From Chitinophaga pinensis (GTDB taxonomy: Bacteria > Bacteroidota > Bacteroidia > NS11-12g > UBA9320): a stretch of 64,000 nt of DNA. The DNA lies in assembly GCA_945907065.1 (NCBI GenBank), contig CAMDSC010000012.1, positions 577 to 64,576 of the forward strand, written 5' to 3'. Each line of letters opens with the position of its first letter. Within the stretch, counting starts at the first letter, position 1. Positions 51,590-60,366 of this stretch are shown here, piece by piece. A program made the translations under genes and the position numbers. Under the pieces are notes generated by a model. That model did no database searches and was not told where the DNA came from. It worked only from the letters and a program-made list of their open reading frames with translations.

Positions 51590-52582
51590 ATGATTTTAGA
51601 TAAAAAAATATATTTAGTATTTACCCTTTCATTTCTCTTTTGGGGAATGAAAGGATTTTCACAATATGCTCCTGCAGCAGGAAAGTTAGGAAGTTCGGCA
51701 CTTTTTAAAGATTCATCCATTTTTGTAAATTGGGCCAAGCAATGCACTATTTACAGAGGGTGGAAAAACATTGCTCAAAAAGATTCAGGTTATGCCACCA
51801 TTGGCGATAGCACTTCAGCAACTGGCAAAGCAGGAGAAAACGGAATAGTGAGCTTGGGAGATAGCGGTATTGCAATTTGTCAATTTTACAAACCTTTAAT
51901 AAATGGTGATGGATGGGATTTTGCTGTATTTGAAAACACTTTTGACGACCGCTATTTAGAACTTGCCTTTGTGGAGGTGAGTTCTGACGGGTGGAGATAC
52001 TTTAAGTTTCCATGCCATTCTTTAACCGACACGTTAAATCAAACTGGAGCCTTCGGCTATACCGAACCTGAAAATATTAATAACCTTGCTGGGAAATATA
52101 GGGCGGGATATGGAACACCATTTGACATCGGCGACATTCCCGATTACAAAGACTTAAATAAAAACAATATACGGTTTGTAAAAATTTTAGATATTGTGGG
52201 AAGTTTAAACTCAAAATTTGCAAGCTTAGATACAGCCATGCGAAAAATAAATGACCCATGGCCTACCCCATTTACATCCAGTGGCTTTGATTTGGATGCC
52301 ATTGGAGTTATTCATGAACAAGCCACCTCGGAGATTATTTCAATTAATTCGAATCAATTTATTATAGGCCCTAATCCTATTAAAGAATCTCAAAAATTAA
52401 GAATTGATAATTCTGAAAATCTAATTTCAACTATAAAAATTTTTGATACCGTTGGTAAATTATATAAAGAAATAAGTATTTCATCCCCACTAATTGAGAC
52501 CACTGATTTGCCATCCGGATTATTTTTTATTCATTTTTCAGGAACATCTATTACCAGCATTTATAAAGGTTTAAAATTATGA
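51590..52582 (+). CDS. secreted protein with T9SS type-A C-terminal sorting domain, in B12-uptake operon (possible DUF4465/BtuH-like B12-capture domain)
   Basis: signal peptide; C-terminal ~75 aa (FIIGPNPIKESQKLRID...IFDTVGKLYKEI...LPSGLFFIHF) matches Por_Secre_tail pattern; 1-nt-overlap coupling to next gene. Confidence 0.5.
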   Translation: MILDKKIYLVFTLSFLFWGMKGFSQYAPAAGKLGSSALFKDSSIFVNWAKQCTIYRGWKNIAQKDSGYATIGDSTSATGKAGENGIVSLGDSGIAICQFYKPLINGDGWDFAVFENTFDDRYLELAFVEVSSDGWRYFKFPCHSLTDTLNQTGAFGYTEPENINNLAGKYRAGYGTPFDIGDIPDYKDLNKNNIRFVKILDIVGSLNSKFASLDTAMRKINDPWPTPFTSSGFDLDAIGVIHEQATSEIISINSNQFIIGPNPIKESQKLRIDNSENLISTIKIFDTVGKLYKEISISSPLIETTDLPSGLFFIHFSGTSITSIYKGLKL

Positions 52583-53640
52583 GAAAAAAAATAATCTCTA
52601 CAAAATTTTATATTCTCATTGCCCTCAGTGCCTCCGTGTTAATTTTATATAGTTGCAAAGATGAGCCACCCAAAACACATCCAACCCAATTAGGTCAAGG
52701 GAAAGGTTTGTTTGTTTCTAACGAAGGTACTTTTGGAATGGGCAACGCTTCGTTAACGTATATTAATCTTGAAAACGATTCACTAAACACAGATGTAGAC
52801 CTATTTAAAACCAGTAACAACCGTTCTTTAGGTGATGTTTTTCAAAGCATGAGTTTGATAAATAAATATGCTTGGTTGGTGGTAAATAATTCAGGAAAAA
52901 TTGAAGTAATAAATCCGGAAACCTCCAAATCCGTTGCTACTATCAAAAATCTTAAATCCCCACGCTATGCCTTGGAAGTGCAACCCGGAAAAGTGTATGT
53001 TTCTGACCTTTACTCCAATTCTATAAGCATAGTTGATGCTAATTCCTTTACCAAAACCAGAGAAATTAAATGCAAAGGCTGGACAGAAGAAATGATTTTA
53101 TTTCAAAACAAAGTATGGGTAACCAATCATAACAGCGATTATCTTTACATTATTAATCCATCCACCGACATTATTACTGACAGCATTGCTCTGGCTTATG
53201 GTGGCTCAAGTTTAGTATCTGATAAGGATGGAAAAATTTGGGTTTTATGTTCGGGCGATTTGATAAAAAAACGTACCGGAGGACTTTTTTGCATTAATCC
53301 TACTACCCTAAAAATTGAAAAACAATGGCAATTTGCTAAAGATGATTACAACCCTGTAAAGCTGAAACAAAACCCAGCTAATGATAGTTTGTATTTTATT
53401 AATCAAGGAATTTTTGGGTTTCCAAAAACGGCAGCTAATCTCCCTGTCAATCCTATAATATCGCAACCTTCAGGCACATCATTTTATGGACTAACCATTC
53501 AATTATCTACAGGAAATCTTTTTGTATCGGATGCTATAGATTTTGTAAGCCGTGGTAAAGTTTCCGTCTATTCACCTAAAGGTATTTTCATTAAGTCTTA
53601 TAAAACCGGAGTCGTTCCGGGGGAGTTTTTGTGGTGGTAA
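52579..53640 (+). CDS. surface lipoprotein, YncE-like beta-propeller (BtuG-like)
   Basis: lipoprotein signal (ALSASVLILYSC), repeated YV(S/T)N...N.(V/I)..(V/I)D beta-propeller blades; Bacteroidota B12 loci encode a BtuG beta-propeller lipoprotein next to btuB. Confidence 0.55.
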   Translation: MRKKIISTKFYILIALSASVLILYSCKDEPPKTHPTQLGQGKGLFVSNEGTFGMGNASLTYINLENDSLNTDVDLFKTSNNRSLGDVFQSMSLINKYAWLVVNNSGKIEVINPETSKSVATIKNLKSPRYALEVQPGKVYVSDLYSNSISIVDANSFTKTREIKCKGWTEEMILFQNKVWVTNHNSDYLYIINPSTDIITDSIALAYGGSSLVSDKDGKIWVLCSGDLIKKRTGGLFCINPTTLKIEKQWQFAKDDYNPVKLKQNPANDSLYFINQGIFGFPKTAANLPVNPIISQPSGTSFYGLTIQLSTGNLFVSDAIDFVSRGKVSVYSPKGIFIKSYKTGVVPGEFLWW

Positions 53641-53650
53641 ATAAATAAAA

Positions 53651-53690
53651 AACGGTCTCAAGAAATCTTGAGACCGTTTTAATAAATTGA
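53651..53690. terminator. bidirectional rho-independent terminator (btuG-like + / giant protein -)
   Basis: aaaaaa cggtctcaag aaat cttgagaccg tttt. Confidence 0.65.
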
Positions 53691-53703
53691 GATTTTTTAT
53701 ATT

Positions 53704-56700
53704 CTATTTTATCTTAAAATCGAAGCAGCCTATAATTTCACATTCCTTACAATTTGCATCTCTAAATGTAAACTTCACACAAATCTTTCCTTTTAGTTCG
53801 CAACAGTCAATAGCTGGTTTTGGGGGTAATATAAAGGTCATTCCAATATTGGTAATATTTGGAGCATTTAAATTACTTCCGTTATTCCAAATTACTTCTC
53901 TTGGATTTTGATAAACTCCAGTGCTGCTTCCATTAAATGAAGGAACCGTTGTGCCACCATACATTGTAATTTTAGGAGGAGCCGCATTTATATTTAAAGC
54001 TGAAGCCACACTTGCCCACGTAAAAGGAAGATTAACACATTGCATACATTCCTTTTTGTAATTATCATCAATGGTATAGCTTACCACATTAGCTCTCACC
54101 TCGGTAATATTAACTGTAGCCGGTATAGATATCGAGAAATTGTTACTAACTAAAGTTGAATTTATCCCTGCAGTATAGGTTGGATTTTTAGGGTTTACTT
54201 TAATTTCATAAGGGCAGCAAGAACTACTGTCGCAATTCGTTTTAAATTTGATAACACAACTGTCACAGATCTTATCACCGCACCATCCATAAAGTGTTAA
54301 AATATAAACACCAGGCAAACTTGGAACAAAGTTAAGTTGCAAATTACCGGTAGTTATTCCTCCACTTGGTGGTTGTAGTTTATATTTCACAACCCCGTTG
54401 CATGTGGAATCGGCACATTTATACTTGCCATTTATTAAATAGGTTTGATTGCATGCTACATCATATGTTTTTTTGCATTCTAGTTTTTTAGAATTCCCCA
54501 CTCCAATATTTGCTTTCATATCAGGATTGTCGGTTTTATTCATGGTTATTTCACCCCAACTGCTGCCTTTACAACTGCAATTACAGTTTTTTATAAATAA
54601 ATCATACTTGCCTGATTTTGCAGCACAGCTATCGGTAAGATAAGTTACCTGAATTGTGATTTGGTGTTGACCTAAAGACAAACCTGTAAGGCTTAAAAAA
54701 GGGCCTGTTGAATGGTAATTTCCATCTACAAACCATCTAATATTATACACTCCGTTGTATGTTTGTCCGGGGCCTAAAGGTAGAGGAGGAATTATTTTAG
54801 CGGTATCGCATAAAGTATCGCAACCAATAGGAAACAAAGCCAAATAGGGACGTTTTTTAATAGTAACCATATTACTTGTACCAAAACATCCACTTATTGG
54901 ATCAACAACTGTTACATAATAGTTTCCTGCCTGTGCCGTGGTCATAGTTTGCCCGCTAGCACCATTACTCCATTGATAAATATAATTAGGATTGGTAGGA
55001 GTAGCTGTTGCGGTATAGGTATGATTTATTCCTTCACATAAATAACCAGTTGGGGCTATAGTTACTGATGGACTTAAATATAAATAAACACAGAAAGTAT
55101 CTTTAGCTACACAGCCCGTTGTAATATCTGTTACTGTTAAAATAAACTGATAAGTTCCCAATTGTGTAACTGCTGCACTCGCATAAAATTGAAGATTATC
55201 CGGACTAAAAGTTACACTTCCTGGTCCTGTGCAAGTCCAGTTATAGGTGTAATTTGGATTATTTCCACCGGTATTTTGCACACTTATAGTCCATGGCGAA
55301 CTTCCACTCGCACATTGAACGGTTTGCCCCTGAATATCAGCCAAAGGTTTTGGTAAATAAATAACCATTACAGTATCTGATTTTACAGGACAACCATTGT
55401 TATTACTAATGGCTGTTACTGTATAATTCCCCGATGCATTAAAATTGCATAACTGATAGGTTGAATTAGTTGCTCCGCTAATTGCAGCCCCATTTTGATA
55501 CCATTGAAAACCTGTAAAACTAGCAGCAGGATTGGTATTTAAAGTAAGTGGTGGTAGGCAATCAGGGCAAATTTTTACTATTGGTGAAGGAGTAATAGTT
55601 AATGCCGTTGGAATTAATACAGTAATAGGCTTTGAAGTAGTAAAAATACATCCATACCGATCCTTTATAGTTAATGAAATGGTAGGATTAATTGGTGTTC
55701 CATTATAGGCATGAGTTATAGGATTGGTAACACCAGTTGTGGCGTCACCAAAATTCCATGCATATGAAATCACTCCTGCGGTATAGCTGCTGTTAAAAAC
55801 TGTTTGAGCATCTTTACACACATTGGGTCCTCCAAGTATAGAAAATGTAGTTGTTGGAAAATTAAATGTAAACGATTTGGTAAGAGTACAACCATTTTTA
55901 GAGATGGTAAGTGTAATTGTAGGATTACAACCAAATGGAACGGTTAATATTGGGTTAGGTATGTTTGTAGCACTTAAAGAACCACAGGTAGTTGACCAAG
56001 TAATCGAATATCCTGCATAAGCAGCCAAAAATCTGGAAGCATCCTGCAATTGAATACTCCAAGCATTTACACCACAACTTATCACACTTGTAAATGAATC
56101 TACCATTGGCACAGTAACAATAACTGTATCACAATGTTTAGTTCCATTGCTGCAGGTCATTACTGCATAAACTTGATAAGCTCCGGCATCAGCATAAAGA
56201 TGATTACCGGTTGGGCCACTAAAGCCATCTCCGTAATACCACGCTGTTGAAACAGGAGTACATCCGGCAGGAATATTTGTGGTTAAAGAAACTGGATTTG
56301 GGCAATTGCTTGTGCTTATTACTAAATCAGGAATACAACCCGGTGCAGGCACACAAGGACTTACAACTATCACATTAGATACATCAGTGCATCCATTGCT
56401 GCAACTCACTGTTACAAAATAACTACCTGGTAAATTTGTGGTCATTGTTGGGCCGGTAGCTCCATTGCTCCATAAAAATGTAGCTCCTGGGCAATTTGCA
56501 GGTATGGGGGCTTGCATAGTTACCGAACCACCATTACATATATTTCCAATTGCAGAAATGGTAGCTATTACTGGGGTTATACCCGTTACAATAATTTGAT
56601 TTGTTGCAATACAAGGGCCTGGATAAGTGGCTTGTAACACATAGGTTCCATTTTGGGTAACCGTAAATGGGCTTCCTGAACCAACAGGACTTCCATTTAA

Positions 56701-58740
56701 AAACCAATTGTAGGTTCCTCCGCTTGGTGCGGCAGTTAAAGTTGCTGAACAAGCACCATTAACTTTTGTAATAGTAACGGTTGCTGCTGTAGCTGTTAAA
56801 TTTATAGAACTGCTTCCACCACAACTTGTAATTGTAAGAGTAGCATTGCTGTTAATTGTAAAAGTGGCTGAATTAGTTCCTTGACCTCCTGTAAGCACAG
56901 CTCCAGGTGTAGCACTCCACACATATCCTCCTGGAGGAATGGCTCCTGCCACAGTTGCTGTAATAGTTCCACCGCTGCAAGTGCTAGCACCCGGTGAAAG
57001 TGTAATCGCAGGTGGTGCAGGTACTTTTGTTATAGAAAGCGTTTTTGTTCCTGTACAACCTGCCACAGTTTGTGAAGCCTGCAAAGTCCAAGGGCCAGCA
57101 CCTGTAAACAAGACAGATGCTAATGAATTATTGGCTCCATAAGGCGCTATATTTCCTGTACCTGCAGTAAAACTCCAAGCAAAATTTCCTCCTGCAACAT
57201 TACTACTTACAGAATAGGCATATAATTGATTTGGGCAAATAATAATATTACCAACTATTGGATTTAAAATAGGAGTTGGATTTACTATTACATTTAGCAA
57301 ATCGGAAGGTGTGCAATAGTTTGCAGCATTAATTGGAACTGCATAAATGTTATAGCTTCCAGCTACATTCCAAGTAAGAGAAATACTTGAAACACTTGAA
57401 AATGTTCCTGCAGGAATACCTGGAGGCGTATAACCTGAAGTTGGGGTAATATTCCAGTTAGCATTGCCACCACCATTCACAAAATAGGATGATGTAGAAT
57501 TTGTGCAAACTGGTGAAAGTCCTGAAATTTGAAATTTAGGTTTTATATAAATTTTTATTGTGCTAGAGCCACTGCATCCGCTATATGGATTTTTATAATT
57601 ACAAACTAAATAATAAGGACCTCCTGGTGAAGAATTCCAAGTAACATTTATTATATTATGATTGCTATCTACCCCGGCAATTGTCCCTCCTCCGCTTAAT
57701 GTCCATTTATAAAATGTACCCGGCAAGGCTGGCAAAGAATAAGAAGTTGTAGAACTTGGACATACCGGTGTAGGTCCTTGAATTGGCAAATTCGGATAAA
57801 GTACAGGAACATTAATAGTAGATGAGTTACCACAAGTATTTGGGCAAGTAGCATTTAGGGTTACAGTTGTGGGATAAGTACTTGGCATATTCCAAACCAC
57901 CTTTACACATGTTGTACCTTGTCCACTGACTATTGTTCCGCCATTCACTACCCAATTTAATCCTGTGCATCCAACTGTACTGGTACAATATTTTATTGTA
58001 TCTCCCGGGCATAGCATCTTTCGGCAATCATCTGTATGAATATCAATTCCTTTTTTAGTGCCTACAGTAATTTTTACCATAGCTGTATCCTTACAACCAC
58101 ATTCTACAAGTTCGCCTTTGCTATTTAGAATAAGATTAAAAACTGTTAAAATAACTATTTTTACACCACTTGTAGCATAAATATGTGGAGGTGGATTTTG
58201 AACATTATCAAAAGTACCATCCCCAAAATCCCAATAATATCCGGATGCGCCAATGGATGTTGCTCCGCTAAAATTCACAGGAGTTAAGGCACAAACAGGG
58301 TTAGGATTAAAAGTGATTCCGGCGGTTGGGCCATCTACCAAACATACAGTCATTCGTATTGTATCTCTACATTTTCCATCAGCACTTGAAACAATTACTT
58401 GAATAAAGCCTTGAGAATTGTTTCCCCAAGTTATTATTCCAGGATTAGCTGGAGTAACCGCTATAGAACCACCAACAACTGTCCAGCTATATGTAAATCC
58501 TGTAAGGTTGGGAACTACTAAATAACTTTGTTGTTGATTTTTACAAGCTATCAATATTCTACCGGGACTGCCAGCTCCTCCATCAGGATTGGCATGAATT
58601 TGTTTGCATGCGTAATCATCACATGGACGAATAGCGTTTGATACCAATTCAAATTTTGGACAACAGCCAGCTGGCTGATTCTGAGCATTTGTATTTACAA
58701 AAGACAACAGTAATATCAGGATAAATAATAAGTTCTTCAT
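53704..58740 (-). CDS. giant (1678 aa) secreted Cys-rich multi-repeat protein with PKD domains and shared C-terminal Cys-rich module; no T9SS CTD
   Basis: signal peptide MKNLLFILILLLSFVNTNAQ; PKD signatures YWDFGDGT and WNFGDATTG; >100 Cys; many Ig-like repeats; C-terminal ~300 aa Cys-rich region ending ...PPKPAIDCCELKGKICVKFTFRDANCKECEIIGCFDFKIK. Confidence 0.6.
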   Translation of the reverse strand: MKNLLFILILLLSFVNTNAQNQPAGCCPKFELVSNAIRPCDDYACKQIHANPDGGAGSPGRILIACKNQQQSYLVVPNLTGFTYSWTVVGGSIAVTPANPGIITWGNNSQGFIQVIVSSADGKCRDTIRMTVCLVDGPTAGITFNPNPVCALTPVNFSGATSIGASGYYWDFGDGTFDNVQNPPPHIYATSGVKIVILTVFNLILNSKGELVECGCKDTAMVKITVGTKKGIDIHTDDCRKMLCPGDTIKYCTSTVGCTGLNWVVNGGTIVSGQGTTCVKVVWNMPSTYPTTVTLNATCPNTCGNSSTINVPVLYPNLPIQGPTPVCPSSTTSYSLPALPGTFYKWTLSGGGTIAGVDSNHNIINVTWNSSPGGPYYLVCNYKNPYSGCSGSSTIKIYIKPKFQISGLSPVCTNSTSSYFVNGGGNANWNITPTSGYTPPGIPAGTFSSVSSISLTWNVAGSYNIYAVPINAANYCTPSDLLNVIVNPTPILNPIVGNIIICPNQLYAYSVSSNVAGGNFAWSFTAGTGNIAPYGANNSLASVLFTGAGPWTLQASQTVAGCTGTKTLSITKVPAPPAITLSPGASTCSGGTITATVAGAIPPGGYVWSATPGAVLTGGQGTNSATFTINSNATLTITSCGGSSSINLTATAATVTITKVNGACSATLTAAPSGGTYNWFLNGSPVGSGSPFTVTQNGTYVLQATYPGPCIATNQIIVTGITPVIATISAIGNICNGGSVTMQAPIPANCPGATFLWSNGATGPTMTTNLPGSYFVTVSCSNGCTDVSNVIVVSPCVPAPGCIPDLVISTSNCPNPVSLTTNIPAGCTPVSTAWYYGDGFSGPTGNHLYADAGAYQVYAVMTCSNGTKHCDTVIVTVPMVDSFTSVISCGVNAWSIQLQDASRFLAAYAGYSITWSTTCGSLSATNIPNPILTVPFGCNPTITLTISKNGCTLTKSFTFNFPTTTFSILGGPNVCKDAQTVFNSSYTAGVISYAWNFGDATTGVTNPITHAYNGTPINPTISLTIKDRYGCIFTTSKPITVLIPTALTITPSPIVKICPDCLPPLTLNTNPAASFTGFQWYQNGAAISGATNSTYQLCNFNASGNYTVTAISNNNGCPVKSDTVMVIYLPKPLADIQGQTVQCASGSSPWTISVQNTGGNNPNYTYNWTCTGPGSVTFSPDNLQFYASAAVTQLGTYQFILTVTDITTGCVAKDTFCVYLYLSPSVTIAPTGYLCEGINHTYTATATPTNPNYIYQWSNGASGQTMTTAQAGNYYVTVVDPISGCFGTSNMVTIKKRPYLALFPIGCDTLCDTAKIIPPLPLGPGQTYNGVYNIRWFVDGNYHSTGPFLSLTGLSLGQHQITIQVTYLTDSCAAKSGKYDLFIKNCNCSCKGSSWGEITMNKTDNPDMKANIGVGNSKKLECKKTYDVACNQTYLINGKYKCADSTCNGVVKYKLQPPSGGITTGNLQLNFVPSLPGVYILTLYGWCGDKICDSCVIKFKTNCDSSSCCPYEIKVNPKNPTYTAGINSTLVSNNFSISIPATVNITEVRANVVSYTIDDNYKKECMQCVNLPFTWASVASALNINAAPPKITMYGGTTVPSFNGSSTGVYQNPREVIWNNGSNLNAPNITNIGMTFILPPKPAIDCCELKGKICVKFTFRDANCKECEIIGCFDFKIK

Positions 58741-58745
58741 AATAA

Positions 58746-60362
58746 CTATTTTATGTTTTTATTTAATGGATCATGATCTATCTGGTCATTACAACCCTCT
58801 TTTTTCTTTTCATAACAAACTAATTTGTTACAAGTAGTACAATCGGTAAATTCAATTTTGTATCGAATACACCACCTGAATACTGCACTGCAACACGGAG
58901 TTAGTTGAGGCGTGGTAATATTAATATTTAATGGTGGTGGGTTGTTGCCAGTATTCCAAGCAAGGCTGTTAGTGCCATTTGTAAAATGACCATATGTAGC
59001 TGCATCCTTATTGCAAGGTATACAAAAATTATTTTCAGGAGTCATTTCAAAATAAACCAGTTCGGCCTTAATATTTTTAATGGTTTTAGGCGGGGCTGTG
59101 GTAATTGAAACTGATTGAGAATAAGAAAGTATATTGTTCGTATAATTTATTTGAGCTGGAGCATTTGCTGTTAATGTAAAATGTTTATCATCACAATCTG
59201 CACATCGGCAGGGTTTAACCGTGTCACACAAATAATCTTCGGCATTTTTGTTCGGGTCACCTTGTTTTTGTATTCTTGTTTTTATACAAATATAACTTAG
59301 TGAGCTACTGGCAGTGATGGTTCCGCTTACGAGGAGTATACCACCCGATGCCGCGATGGATACTACTGGGTTCGGCACTGTGCTGGCAATAGTGGCACCT
59401 CCCGGAGTACTTGTGGTTATGCTGATATTTGTAAATTCAGCCACAGTGTTATTCAGATTCGTAATTATATACGAATAGGTGTAAAGACCTGGAGTAGATG
59501 TACATTTTACTTTTAATGAATCTAGTTGAATGATATATTGAGTTTGCATACTAAATGCAAAAGGTTGAGCAAACCCAAGTCCATCCACTAATTTCCGCCC
59601 CTGATCATCTAAAGGAGTAACTGTCCAAACATAATTTTTACCCATTTCAGGCATTGCAAATTCTACCGGCCATTGGGTTTGAAGTACTCCTTTCAAATCT
59701 TTTTCAACAATGGGTTGGTTGCTTCGTAAGGCTGTCATACTATTTTGCCCTTCCAATACCTCCCATACCTGCAGGCGATATGTAACTATTGTTGAAGGTG
59801 CTGGAGTAACCGGTGTCCACCTAAAAACTATTCCTTTCATCCCCGATTCAGAAATAGCTTCTTTGTCTTTAGGATTAACAAGCGTTGGAGCCTGATAAGC
59901 CATAATGCTAAAAGTTTTACAAACTGTTCCTGAAGTTCCAACCGGGGCACCAGTCACAGGATCTATAAGGGCGACACAAATTCTATAATTATCATCCGGT
60001 ATTCGGCCTGTGGTTATTGCAGATTTCTCTAAATTACCTTTATAATTTACCACATTGGATGGAATTATATCCTCTGGATTATAAGTTGAACTACCAGGAG
60101 GAACCGTTAATACTGGCATTTTTGCCGCATCAGTATTTGCTACCAATGTTCCTTTACCATCAAATAGTTCTGTTTTTATTTTCACTTGAATATCCTTTGT
60201 ACTCGAGTTAATTATTAAAAGTTTAACTGTTTCAGTTCGTTGCTGCCAATCGGATATATAAGGCGATGGTTTTGGACTCATCAGCAACTGAATGTTTTGA
60301 GCCTTGAGACCACCCGCTGACAAGAAGATTAGAACTACAAGTAATTTAAATTTTTTATACAT
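58746..60362 (-). CDS. secreted protein (538 aa) with C-terminal Cys-rich module homologous to that of the downstream giant protein
   Basis: signal peptide MYKKFKLLVVLIFLSAGGLKAQ; C-terminus ...FCIPCNKD...SLAWNTGNNPPPLNI...PCCSAVFRWCIRYKIEFTDCTTCNKLVCY; 5-nt gap to next gene. Confidence 0.5.
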   Translation of the reverse strand: MYKKFKLLVVLIFLSAGGLKAQNIQLLMSPKPSPYISDWQQRTETVKLLIINSSTKDIQVKIKTELFDGKGTLVANTDAAKMPVLTVPPGSSTYNPEDIIPSNVVNYKGNLEKSAITTGRIPDDNYRICVALIDPVTGAPVGTSGTVCKTFSIMAYQAPTLVNPKDKEAISESGMKGIVFRWTPVTPAPSTIVTYRLQVWEVLEGQNSMTALRSNQPIVEKDLKGVLQTQWPVEFAMPEMGKNYVWTVTPLDDQGRKLVDGLGFAQPFAFSMQTQYIIQLDSLKVKCTSTPGLYTYSYIITNLNNTVAEFTNISITTSTPGGATIASTVPNPVVSIAASGGILLVSGTITASSSLSYICIKTRIQKQGDPNKNAEDYLCDTVKPCRCADCDDKHFTLTANAPAQINYTNNILSYSQSVSITTAPPKTIKNIKAELVYFEMTPENNFCIPCNKDAATYGHFTNGTNSLAWNTGNNPPPLNINITTPQLTPCCSAVFRWCIRYKIEFTDCTTCNKLVCYEKKKEGCNDQIDHDPLNKNIK

Positions 60363-60366
60363 AATG

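Noticed and set aside
921-53690. Four terminator hairpins (921-957, 40043-40078, 46427-46457, 53651-53690) sharing A-run / GC stem / ttttaaaat-type loop / T-run as a possible REP-like repeat family
   Set aside because: The stems are unrelated in sequence. The similarity is just the generic architecture of intrinsic terminators in an AT-rich genome.
54449-57142. Small plus-strand ORFs (54449-54643, 55162-55356, 55823-56020, 56939-57142) opposite the giant 1678-aa gene
   Set aside because: Shadow ORFs within a continuous 5-kb coding frame.
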